Source: Verrucomicrobiaceae bacterium (lineage in GTDB: Bacteria; Verrucomicrobiota; Verrucomicrobiia; Verrucomicrobiales; Akkermansiaceae). Taken from it: a stretch of 64,000 bases of DNA. The stretch lies in the NCBI GenBank assembly GCA_051252135.1, contig JBPOGH010000009.1:64001-128000 (forward strand), read 5' to 3'. The stretch's first letter is position 1. Each line of letters starts with the position of its first letter. Below are positions 54,919 to 64,000 of this stretch, piece by piece. The translations under genes were made by a program, and so were the position numbers. The notes below the pieces were generated by a model. The model ran no database searches, was not told the DNA's origin, and saw nothing but the letters and a program-made list of their open reading frames with translations.

Positions 54919-57213
54919 ATGAAACGAGACACTTTTTTTGTCGCTGCCATTATAGGTGGCGTCTTTTCCTTCCAATTAAATGCTCAGCAAATTGGGATTA
55001 ACCTTGGGTCGAACCGTGCTGACTCAGCGCTGGATCCCACCGACTCTGCAGGAGCGGTTCCCCAAGAGAACTGGAACAACACCGGAGGTGCCAATGGCGG
55101 CCCTTTGGCTTTGGTGGATAGCCTGGGTGATGCGACGACTGCGGAAGTGACGTGGGCAACTGACGAGGAATGGAGCGTCGGGGGCACCCCGGCGGATGCC
55201 AATGGCAAGCTGCTCAACGGGTTTGTATCGGAGAACAATAATGATGGCTCCCAAATCACCATTACGGGAATCCCATTTCAGCTCTACGATCTTTATGTGT
55301 ATGTGAGCCACGACCGAGCGAATGAGGATGTTATTTTGGGGGAGACGAACGGGTTGTTTGCGGATTTTACTGCGATCGAGAATGATACCGACATCACGGC
55401 TGCGGTGACTTTTGAAGAGCAGGCGGTTTCCGGTGAGGGGACGGGTAACTACGTTCTCTTTACCGGGCTTACAGCAACGGATATTGAAGTGGTGCTGTCT
55501 GCGATCGATACCAACAATCCGGCGGGATCGATTGATCGCAACGCGATTTCCGGGATTCAGATTGTCAACGTTTCCTTGGACGATCTCGATAGTGACGGGT
55601 TGATTGACGCGTGGGAGATTAATTTCGGGTTGGATCCGACTGACGATGGTTCGGTTGATCCCAACAATGGTCCTGATGGTGATCCTGATGGTGATAGTTC
55701 TTCAAACCTAGAGGAGCAAACCCGGGCGACCGATCCGACCAAAAATGATACCGATGGTGATACCATCTGGGATGGCTATGAAACTGGCGATGGAAATTGG
55801 GTGAGCGCGACGGAGACCGGGACGGATCCGCTGAAAAAGGATTCGGATGGAGACACGCTGAATGACAATGTGGAGGACAACGGCGGGGTGCTGGTGGATG
55901 CGGCGACGATGACGGGAACGAATCCCAACAAGGCGGATACCGATGAGGATGGTCTGCGGGACGATTGGGAGATCATTAATATGTTTGACCCTTTTGATGA
56001 TGGATCTACGGATGTTAATAATGGTCCTACTGGTGATCCGGACAGCGATGATCTCGATAATGCGGGTGAGCAGACTGCGGGAACCGATCCGCGCGATGAC
56101 GATACCGATGACGATACCCTGTTGGACGGGGTTGAGACGAATGACGGAAATTATGTCGATGCGACGGCGACGGGAACCGACCCACTGGATGCCGATAGTG
56201 ACGGCGATACGTTGGGCGACGGGGTGGAGGACAACACGGGGACGTTGGTTGATGAGACGATGACGGGGACCAATCCCAATCTTGCGGATACGGATGGGGA
56301 TTATTTGAGGGATGACTGGGAAATTGCCCACTCCCTTGATCCGTCTGATCCGTCGGACAATGTGCCATCCCAAGGGGGGATTGGGCTTAACTTAGGTTCG
56401 AACCGTGCGGATGCGGCGTTGCTGGCTACGGATGTGACGGGAGCCTTTCCGCAGGCGAACTGGAACAATCTGGGTGGTTCCAGCGGTGGGCCGCTGGTAC
56501 TTTTGGATGATACCGGATCGGATGTGGGAGCGAGTGTCACCTGGCAGATGGATGAGGAATGGAGCGCAACGGGGCCGGCGGCCGATGCCAACGGGACTCT
56601 GATGACCGGTTGGTTTTCAGCAAATAACGGGGGGGCCAGCAATACGATCGACATCACGAACATTCCTTATGGGTCTTATGATGTGGTGTTTTATTACAAT
56701 CACGATCGCGGTGGGGAGATCACCGAGGTGAGTGAGGCGAACAATGCGTTCCCGGTTGTTTCCCTGCGGGAGCGGAATCCTGACATTTTGGCGGCACTTT
56801 CATTCCAGCAGCAAGTTGACAGCACGTTTGATGTGGCGAATGCCCGGGGTGATTTTCATGTGATCTCGGGGCTGAGCAGTCCGACGCTCAATTTGCTGGT
56901 CAATGCGGGCACCAATGACCGGGGTCCTCTGACGGGGATCCAGTTGGTGAACCGTGGCGGTGGTGGCGGTCTGAGCATTACCGAGATCGCGGTGGATGCG
57001 GGGGACGGAACGGTGGCTCTGACATGGGCGTCATCGCCGGGGCGGACCTATTCGATCGATACGAGTCTTGATTTGGCCGAGGGGAGTTGGCTGGAGGTGG
57101 TGGACAATGTTTCCTCGGCGGGAACTTCGACCACGGAGTCGATCAGCGGAATTGATTTTGGAACGGACCGGAAGAGGTTTTTCCGGGTTCGTCAGGTCTC
57201 CAACGCCCAATAA
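54919..57213 (+). CDS. Secreted protein: two shared domains flanking TSP3-like DxDxDG repeats, plus the recurrent C-terminal module
   Basis: IGINLGSNR and IGLNLGSNR domains; many DSDGD/GTDP/GTNP repeats; ends RFFRVRQ. Confidence 0.85.
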   Translation: MKRDTFFVAAIIGGVFSFQLNAQQIGINLGSNRADSALDPTDSAGAVPQENWNNTGGANGGPLALVDSLGDATTAEVTWATDEEWSVGGTPADANGKLLNGFVSENNNDGSQITITGIPFQLYDLYVYVSHDRANEDVILGETNGLFADFTAIENDTDITAAVTFEEQAVSGEGTGNYVLFTGLTATDIEVVLSAIDTNNPAGSIDRNAISGIQIVNVSLDDLDSDGLIDAWEINFGLDPTDDGSVDPNNGPDGDPDGDSSSNLEEQTRATDPTKNDTDGDTIWDGYETGDGNWVSATETGTDPLKKDSDGDTLNDNVEDNGGVLVDAATMTGTNPNKADTDEDGLRDDWEIINMFDPFDDGSTDVNNGPTGDPDSDDLDNAGEQTAGTDPRDDDTDDDTLLDGVETNDGNYVDATATGTDPLDADSDGDTLGDGVEDNTGTLVDETMTGTNPNLADTDGDYLRDDWEIAHSLDPSDPSDNVPSQGGIGLNLGSNRADAALLATDVTGAFPQANWNNLGGSSGGPLVLLDDTGSDVGASVTWQMDEEWSATGPAADANGTLMTGWFSANNGGASNTIDITNIPYGSYDVVFYYNHDRGGEITEVSEANNAFPVVSLRERNPDILAALSFQQQVDSTFDVANARGDFHVISGLSSPTLNLLVNAGTNDRGPLTGIQLVNRGGGGGLSITEIAVDAGDGTVALTWASSPGRTYSIDTSLDLAEGSWLEVVDNVSSAGTSTTESISGIDFGTDRKRFFRVRQVSNAQ

Positions 57214-57219
57214 CAAACC

Positions 57220-60200
57220 GTGGCCAGTTCCCGAATTCATCGAAGGGGCAGTGAGACAGCAGTGGCGATCACGATGGTGGTCGCTGCTTTGTCATGGTGT
57301 GCTGCTGACGAGGTGAGGTCCTTGCCTCAGAGGGATTCCTCTGCTGTCGGTGTTCCGCTTTTTTCCCCGATCGATCCGGGGACGAGCGGAGTGGATGTCA
57401 CCAACGAGTTGATGGAATCCCATCCGATGGCGCGGCTCTACTACAGCGGTTTTGCTTGTGGTGGGGTGGTGATGGAGGATTTCAATGGGGATGGGAGAAG
57501 GGATTTGTTCTTCACGGGTGGAGCGGGGGAGAATCGGTTGTTCTTGCAAGAGGAAGCTGCCTTTGAATTCCGTGAGGTGACGAAGGAGGCGGGTGTGGGT
57601 GGTGGTGAGCGGTGGTCATCGGGTGCGGTGGCGGCGGATATCGACGGTGATGCGGATATGGATTTGGTGGTGTGCAATTATGACGAGCCGCCGTTTCTTT
57701 TTATTAACGACGGGAGCGGCGTCTTTGTGGATCGTGCGAGGGAGTGCGGGATCACCCAGATAGATCCATACATGATGCCGACGGTCAGTGATTATGACCG
57801 AGATGGTGATTTGGATTTGTTTTTGGTTTCGAATCAACTGTATCGGGAAGGAGGACGTCCAGCGCAGCCGCCCTTTGAAACCGGTCCTGACGGGAGGCCG
57901 AGGGTGAAGAAGGAATTTGAGCGTTTCTATGCCCTGAAGCCGAAGGTGGGGGGGGGTTACAGTATGGATGTGACGGGGCGTCCCGACCTTTTGTTGAGGA
58001 ATGATTCGGGAGGGGAAGGGTTGCCGAAGTTTACCGATGTGACGGTAGGGGCCGGAGTGGGGAAGAAGGGATTTGGTCTGAGTGCGACGTGGTGGGATTT
58101 TAACAATGATGGCTGGCCGGATCTTCATGTGGGGAATGATTTCAGTGAGCCGGACCGGCTGTATTTTAATCGGGGAGACGGGACCTTTGTGGATATTGCC
58201 TCGCAGGCGTTTCCGCACTCGGCCTGGTTCTCGATGGGAGCGGACACGGCGGATGTGAACGGGGATGGTTTTGAGGATTTGTTCTGTGCGGATATGGCCT
58301 TTACGACGCACTACAAGCAGAAGGTGGGGATGGGCCAGATGGGGGCGAAGCAGGCACTTCTTGAGTCGATTCAACCACTTCAGGTGATGCGTAATCACTT
58401 GTTTTTGAACACGGGTCAGGGGCCGTTTCGGGAAGCCGCCCAATTGGCGGGGATTGCCAAGACGGATTGGACCTGGGGGGTGAAGTTTCAGGATCTGGAT
58501 CTGGATGGGCGGAAAGACCTCTTTGTTGCCAATGGTGCGATTCGTTCGTTCAACCATTCCGACCATGATGCCGATACGAATTCGCGAGTGGGCAAAACGG
58601 TGTGGGATTTGTGGAAGGATACGCCGCCGAGGCCGGAGGCGAATTTGGCGTTCCGGAATCTGGGGGACATCAAATTTGAGAACACAGCGAAGGAATGGGG
58701 GCTTGATCATACGGGTGTGAATCACGGGATCGCCTGTGGGGATTTGGATGGTGATGGCGATCCTGATTTGGTGGTGACGGGGATCAATGAGCCGGTGAAG
58801 ATTTACCGGAACAACAGCATCTCGGCGTTGCTCACGGTGAGCTTGAAGGGCAGAGGGCTGAATGCGTCCGGTGTGGGAGCGGTGGTGAAGCTGGAGGGTG
58901 AAGGTGGGGAAACGCAGTCATCGATCATGCGCCCCGGGAATGGTTATTTGACGACTTCACCGAATGAACTGATTTTTGGGTTGGGCGGGGGAATGAAGCC
59001 GGTTCGGTTGGTGGTCGATTGGCCGAATGGGACGACTCAAACGGTGGAGGGCCCGGAGGCCGGCAAGCGCTATGTGATTGAGGAGAATGGTCAGGGGAAG
59101 GTGGCGGAGAAGAAGCTGGTGCCGATTTTTGGGGCGCCCGCACTTTTTGGGGAGATTGTGCACCGGGAGGCGATTGTGGATGACTTTGCAAAGCAGCCTT
59201 TGTTGCCCCACAAGTTATCGCAGTTGGGGAAAGCCCACAGTTGGGCGGATGTGGACGGTGACGGTGATCTTGATCTTTATCATGGGGGCGGGAGCGGGTA
59301 TCCCGGTGGGCTTTACCTGAATGAAGGTCGGGGAAAATTCGTACTTTCGGAGCAGGCGGAGTTGTTAAAGGACCGGATGAGGGAGGATGCGGCGTCGGCG
59401 TTCTTTGATGCGGATGGAGACGGGGACTCCGATCTTTATGTCGCGAGCGGGAGTTATGAGGATGCGATGGGGGCGGAGGACTTGCGGGATCGGCTTTATC
59501 TTAATGATGGGAAGGGGAATTTGGTTGCCGCGGTTCTTCCCGATCTTCGTGATGTTGGTTCCTGTGTGGTGCCCTCGGACGTCGATGGTGATGGGGACCT
59601 TGATTTGTTTGTGGGGAGTCGGGTGATTCCGGGGGAGTATCCGCTTCCAGCGACGAGTCGGCTTCTTGTGAACGAGTCGGCAAATGGAGAGGTGCGTTTC
59701 GTGGAGCGGACGGGAATTTTTGAGGAGGTGGGGATCGTGACGGATGCGATCTGGGTTGATGTGGATGGTGACGAGGATGAGGATCTTTTGGTGAGCCAGG
59801 AGTGGGGAGCGGTTCTTTTGTTTCGCAATGAATCGGGGAAGCTGACCAAGGAGGAGACGGGATCGGGTCTTGGTTGGTGGACGCGGCTTGAGGCCGCTGA
59901 TGTGGATGGCGATGGTGATGTGGATGTGGCGGTGGGAAATTTCGGGTTGAACACGAAGTATCATGCGAACAAGGAGCATCCGGCGTTGATCTACTACGGG
60001 GATTTGATTGGAGGAGGGAGTCCGCAGATCATTGAGGCGGAGTATGAAAATGACGTTCTCTTTCCGGTGCGCGGGAAGAGTTGTTCAACGGCGGCGATGC
60101 CCCAGTTGGCGAACAAGTTTAAGACCTTCCATGCCTTTGCGGGGTCGGCGCTCGATGAGATTTATCCGAAGCAGGGGATCGATTCGGCCCGGAAGTTTAC

Positions 60201-60585
60201 GTGCGATACTTTGGAATCGGGGTTGCTGATCAACGATGGGGCAGGAGTGTTTTCTTTTAAGGCTTTCCCACGGGAGGTGCAGATTGCGCCGGTGCAGGGG
60301 TTCGTGTTTTCGGATCTGAATGGCGATGGTCATGTGGATCTTCTGGTGGCGCAGAATTTTTTGAATCCGCAATTTGAAACGGGGCCCTATGGTGGGGGCA
60401 CGGGGGTGATGCTTGCCGGTGATGGTCGGGGAGGTTTTTCTCCGGTTCATCCAACAGAAAGCGGTGTCCTTCTGAGGGGAGATCCCCGGGGATTGGAGCT
60501 AGAGGATGTCGATGGCGATGGTCTTCCGGATTTGGTCTGCCCCCTCAACAATGGTCCATTGGTTTGGCAACGGAGGAATCCGTAA
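57220..60585 (+). CDS. FG-GAP/VCBS repeat protein with an ASPIC/UnbV domain (CRTAC1-like)
   Basis: Many DxxGDGxxDL repeats; GVGAVV...GYLT...LIFGLG...VDWPNG. Start uncertain (57220 GTG or 57273 ATG). Confidence 0.88.
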   Translation: MASSRIHRRGSETAVAITMVVAALSWCAADEVRSLPQRDSSAVGVPLFSPIDPGTSGVDVTNELMESHPMARLYYSGFACGGVVMEDFNGDGRRDLFFTGGAGENRLFLQEEAAFEFREVTKEAGVGGGERWSSGAVAADIDGDADMDLVVCNYDEPPFLFINDGSGVFVDRARECGITQIDPYMMPTVSDYDRDGDLDLFLVSNQLYREGGRPAQPPFETGPDGRPRVKKEFERFYALKPKVGGGYSMDVTGRPDLLLRNDSGGEGLPKFTDVTVGAGVGKKGFGLSATWWDFNNDGWPDLHVGNDFSEPDRLYFNRGDGTFVDIASQAFPHSAWFSMGADTADVNGDGFEDLFCADMAFTTHYKQKVGMGQMGAKQALLESIQPLQVMRNHLFLNTGQGPFREAAQLAGIAKTDWTWGVKFQDLDLDGRKDLFVANGAIRSFNHSDHDADTNSRVGKTVWDLWKDTPPRPEANLAFRNLGDIKFENTAKEWGLDHTGVNHGIACGDLDGDGDPDLVVTGINEPVKIYRNNSISALLTVSLKGRGLNASGVGAVVKLEGEGGETQSSIMRPGNGYLTTSPNELIFGLGGGMKPVRLVVDWPNGTTQTVEGPEAGKRYVIEENGQGKVAEKKLVPIFGAPALFGEIVHREAIVDDFAKQPLLPHKLSQLGKAHSWADVDGDGDLDLYHGGGSGYPGGLYLNEGRGKFVLSEQAELLKDRMREDAASAFFDADGDGDSDLYVASGSYEDAMGAEDLRDRLYLNDGKGNLVAAVLPDLRDVGSCVVPSDVDGDGDLDLFVGSRVIPGEYPLPATSRLLVNESANGEVRFVERTGIFEEVGIVTDAIWVDVDGDEDEDLLVSQEWGAVLLFRNESGKLTKEETGSGLGWWTRLEAADVDGDGDVDVAVGNFGLNTKYHANKEHPALIYYGDLIGGGSPQIIEAEYENDVLFPVRGKSCSTAAMPQLANKFKTFHAFAGSALDEIYPKQGIDSARKFTCDTLESGLLINDGAGVFSFKAFPREVQIAPVQGFVFSDLNGDGHVDLLVAQNFLNPQFETGPYGGGTGVMLAGDGRGGFSPVHPTESGVLLRGDPRGLELEDVDGDGLPDLVCPLNNGPLVWQRRNP

Positions 60586-60595
60586 TTTTTTTCTT

Positions 60596-63500
60596 ATGAA
60601 GTTTTTTCCTCTATTTAGTGCCGCCCTGGTTTTGTCGGTCTTCCCGCCCGTTTTTGCCGGATCCATCGGGGTCAACTTTGGGAGTGGTCGCGGAGACGCG
60701 AGCATCCCGTCGGCGAGTGTGGCCGGGTTGGTGGCCCAAGCGAACTGGAACAACGCTTCGGGAAGTGACGGGACTTTGAATAACCTGGACAACGAGACAG
60801 GGAGTAACAGCGGTGCATCGGTGACGTGGGCGACCGATGAGGAGTGGAGTGTTGGCGGAACGCCGGCGGATGCCAACGGTACTCTGTTGAATGGTTTTGT
60901 TTCGGAGAATAACGATGGGACCGATTCGACGATTACGTTTACGGGGATTCCTTATGTTAGTTACGATCTTTACGTTTACATGAGTCACGATCGGGCGTCG
61001 GAGGATGTTGATATTTCGGGGCCCTTTCCGACGTTTCGACTGCACGAGGACGATACGAATATTTCCGCACCGGTGACGTTCAACCAGCAAAGTGAAAGTG
61101 CGAATCCCAATGCATCCAATATGGGGAATTACGCGCTTTTTCCGGGTCTGAGTGGATCGACATTGGCGTTGACCCTTTCACCGACCGGGGCTGCCGGAAG
61201 TCTGGATCGGAATGCCATTTCGGGAATTCAGATTGTGGAGACGACGGTGGTTGAAGGTCTTCCCGAAATTGAGACGTCTCCTGCCACTTCGGTGACGAGT
61301 AATGGAGGGATTGCGAACGGCAATTTGGTCGATAACGGCGATGGGGCTGATGAGGCGGCGATCACCGTTTACTGGGGGACGAGCGATGGGGGGACCGATG
61401 CGGGGTTGTGGGCGAACAGTGCCGGAGGAGGGACGCGGACGTCGCCCGGGGTGTTCGCGGTATCCTTGTCTGGGCTTGTTCCCAATACGACCTACCATTA
61501 CCGGGCCTTTGCCAGTAACAGTGAGGGAGACGCGTGGGCTTCTGCGTCTGAATCGTTTACGACTCCAGCCGAGCTTCCAACGGTGGTGAACCTTACAGCA
61601 GGTGATGTTTCCGGCACATCAGCGACGCTCGGAGGTGAGGTGACTTCGACCGGGGGGGACACGACGACATTGGTGATTTTTTACGGGGACAATGACGGGG
61701 GGACAGGAGCGTGGGATTCGCAATTGGATTTGGGAGTTCAAAGTGGTCCGGCAACGGGAGGGATATCCGGGTTGGCATCGGGGACGACTTATTACTTCCG
61801 GGCGGCGGCTACGAATTCGGCAGGCACGACATGGGCGACCAGCCCGGAGAGTTTCACCACTACTGCGGTAACGCTTCCGAACGTGACCACGCTGGCGGCG
61901 ACGGGGGTGAATGGAACTTTTGCGACCTTGAATGGCGAGGTCACGGGAACGGGAGGAGACGAGCCTGAGGCCACCTTTTACTATGGGACGACTGATGGGG
62001 GGACGGATGTCGGGAGCTGGCAATTTACGGCAACGGCGGGGTCGCAGTCGGGTTCCTTTTCCAGACTTCTCGGGAATCTCCAACCGAGTACCACATACTT
62101 CTTCAGGGCGCGGGTTCAGAATGCGGCGGGTTCGATGTGGGGGGCGACGACCTTGAGTTTCACCACGCCTGTCTTTGCGCCGCCCACGGTGGTGATCAAT
62201 GAAATCCACTTTGATGAGGATGATAAGACGGTTCGGGCCGAGTTTATCGAACTCCATAATCCGAGTGACACTCCGGTGAATCTCGCGGGTTATCAATTCA
62301 CGAGCGGGATTGATTTTACTTTTCCATCGGGGACGATCCTCAGTGATGGAGCCTATTTGGTGGTGGCAGAGGATCCGGCGACGATGGATTCGCATTTTGG
62401 ATACTCCGGGGCGTTGGGGCCTTTTGAAAATGGCACGACCTTGAAGAATTCGGGGGAGACGATCACTTTGAGCGACCCCAGTGGAAACGTGGTCGACCGC
62501 GTTGACTACAAATTGGGGTTTCCGTGGCCTACGGTGGGGGATGAAGTTGGGACGCCGCTTGCGAGTCCTTCGATTGAGTTGATCAACCCGTTTCTGGACA
62601 ATGATCTTGGAGGGAGTTGGCGTTCGTCAGGTTCTCCGGTGTCCAATTCAGGAGAAGGTGGTGGGCCGGTGACTTTGGTAACTCCGGGGTCGGGGTGGAG
62701 GTATCGTAAGGGGACATCTTTTCCCGTAGCCGACGGATCAGGAAATGAGTGGGCTGACAATGGTTATGATGACAGCGCCGACGGGGAGTGGCTCGATGGG
62801 ACGGCTGTCTTTGGCTATGGCGACGGTGATGACACCACGGTGCTCAGTGATATGCAGGGAAACTACATTAGTATTTTTCTGCGCCGAGAGTTCACGATTG
62901 CCCCGGGTGAAATTCCCAATGCGCTTACGGTGAATTGCTATCATGATGATGGTGCGGTCGTTTATATCAACGGGGTGGAAGTGGAGAGGTTTTCCACCGA
63001 TAACGGAGCGGTCGGCTTTCCGCCGGCGCAAGGGTTTGCGAATGGTCACGAGCGGGCCTGGTCGACCAGTGTTGTATCGGGAGTAGCATCCTATTTGGTT
63101 GAGGGGACGAACGTCATTGCGATTCATGCGATCAATGAGACGAACGGGAGCAGCGACTTTTCGATTGATGCCGAATTGATCACGGTTCCTTCGGGAGGCG
63201 GTTCCAACAACGCCCCGACACCGGGGGCTGCGAACTCGACGTTTTCGCTCAACGCGCCGCCGCAAGTTCGACAGGTGAGTCACTTGCCGAAGGAGCCGGT
63301 CTCGGGTGAAGAGGTGGTTGTTTCCGCGAAGGTGACTGATCCCGACGGGGTGGCTTCGGTGACGCTGGAATACCAACTGGTGAATCCGGGGGATTATTTT
63401 TGTCGATACCTGAAATTTAGCACCAACGGGAACGCCAATCCGGATCCCCGTTTTGAGGATCCTTCGGAGTGGACTTCGCTTCCCATGAGCGATGACGGGA

Positions 63501-64000
63501 ATGGTGGGGATGCGCTGGCATCGGATTCGATTTACTCGGTGACCCTACCGGCGGCATTGCAAACCCATCGACGGCTCATTCGTTATCGTATTAGCGTGTC
63601 AGACACTCCGGGTGCCGGGATCCGAGTGCCCTACGCGGATGATCCCCAGCCAAACTTTGCCTACTTTGTCTATGATGGGACGCCGGATTGGACCGGGGTG
63701 ATTCGTCCGGGAGACACTGCGGTGACCTATCCAGGTGAGCTTATGTCGAGCATCGCGACCTACTTTTTGCTTAGTAAAAACGAGTGGGTCGATGACTCGC
63801 AGTTTGGGGGGTATTCCGGATCCGAGTATTTGTGGCCCGGCACTTTGGTATACGACGGGAAGATCTACGATCACGTTCAGTATCGTCCGCGCGGAGGAGT
63901 TCACCGTTATCAGTATGGGAAGAATTTCTGGAAGTTCGATTTTCCACGGGGCCATCGATTTGAGGCCCGGGACCGTAATGGCAAGCGTTACAAGACGGAT
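60596..64000 (+). CDS. Large secreted protein, 3'-truncated: shared domain, Fn3-like repeats, lamin-tail domain and CotH-kinase-like domain
   Basis: Not in the ORF track because no stop falls in the window. Translated by hand from MKFFPLFSAALVL. VVINEIHFD..EFIELHN at 62189 and GTLVYDGKIYDHVQYRPRGG...GKNFWKFDF near 63840 are in the same frame. Confidence 0.85.
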   Translation, partial: MKFFPLFSAALVLSVFPPVFAGSIGVNFGSGRGDASIPSASVAGLVAQANWNNASGSDGTLNNLDNETGSNSGASVTWATDEEWSVGGTPADANGTLLNGFVSENNDGTDSTITFTGIPYVSYDLYVYMSHDRASEDVDISGPFPTFRLHEDDTNISAPVTFNQQSESANPNASNMGNYALFPGLSGSTLALTLSPTGAAGSLDRNAISGIQIVETTVVEGLPEIETSPATSVTSNGGIANGNLVDNGDGADEAAITVYWGTSDGGTDAGLWANSAGGGTRTSPGVFAVSLSGLVPNTTYHYRAFASNSEGDAWASASESFTTPAELPTVVNLTAGDVSGTSATLGGEVTSTGGDTTTLVIFYGDNDGGTGAWDSQLDLGVQSGPATGGISGLASGTTYYFRAAATNSAGTTWATSPESFTTTAVTLPNVTTLAATGVNGTFATLNGEVTGTGGDEPEATFYYGTTDGGTDVGSWQFTATAGSQSGSFSRLLGNLQPSTTYFFRARVQNAAGSMWGATTLSFTTPVFAPPTVVINEIHFDEDDKTVRAEFIELHNPSDTPVNLAGYQFTSGIDFTFPSGTILSDGAYLVVAEDPATMDSHFGYSGALGPFENGTTLKNSGETITLSDPSGNVVDRVDYKLGFPWPTVGDEVGTPLASPSIELINPFLDNDLGGSWRSSGSPVSNSGEGGGPVTLVTPGSGWRYRKGTSFPVADGSGNEWADNGYDDSADGEWLDGTAVFGYGDGDDTTVLSDMQGNYISIFLRREFTIAPGEIPNALTVNCYHDDGAVVYINGVEVERFSTDNGAVGFPPAQGFANGHERAWSTSVVSGVASYLVEGTNVIAIHAINETNGSSDFSIDAELITVPSGGGSNNAPTPGAANSTFSLNAPPQVRQVSHLPKEPVSGEEVVVSAKVTDPDGVASVTLEYQLVNPGDYFCRYLKFSTNGNANPDPRFEDPSEWTSLPMSDDGNGGDALASDSIYSVTLPAALQTHRRLIRYRISVSDTPGAGIRVPYADDPQPNFAYFVYDGTPDWTGVIRPGDTAVTYPGELMSSIATYFLLSKNEWVDDSQFGGYSGSEYLWPGTLVYDGKIYDHVQYRPRGGVHRYQYGKNFWKFDFPRGHRFEARDRNGKRYKTD

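Noticed and set aside
55570..56370. Repetitive DNA resembling an array
   Set aside because: These are coding DxDxDG/GTDP peptide repeats, degenerate at the DNA level; there are no CRISPR-like identical repeats with spacers.

Overview
This is a 64-kb bacterial chromosomal segment, most likely from a Verrucomicrobiota genome. That call is inferred from the exosortase/EpsI pair, three PEP-CTERM genes, the DUF1800/DUF1501 pair, a CRTAC1/ASPIC protein, a LTD-CotH protein and a PVC-type cytochrome c protein. Layout from left to right: (1) 1-12.7 kb is a surface-glycan locus with GT4/GT2 glycosyltransferases, a methyltransferase, an APH-like kinase and two nucleotidyltransferase-fold/TMK-like proteins. 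(2) A DUF1800-DUF1501 pair follows. (3) Exosortase-EpsI-priming glycosyltransferase-O-antigen-ligase-like genes run into prs, an MBOAT/SGNH acyltransferase pair, and rplY-pth-rpsF-ssb. (4) A mixed accessory region holds a GH117-like fusion, rlmN, GH3, PEP-CTERM and large secreted proteins, a gene split by a 203-bp MITE, and selB with a divergent IF-1 paralog. (5) 54-64 kb is a four-gene secreted cluster in which one ~190-aa domain I cannot assign occurs four times in three proteins; the last gene (>1135 aa, LTD/CotH) runs off the window and is missing from the ORF track. Best novelty candidates are that shared-domain cluster, a recurring C-terminal module on secreted proteins, a putative split dockerin-like/cohesin-like pair, and the NTase/kinase glycan-modification module. 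I saw no rRNA, tRNA or CRISPR array. All family assignments come from motif recognition by eye, not database searches.
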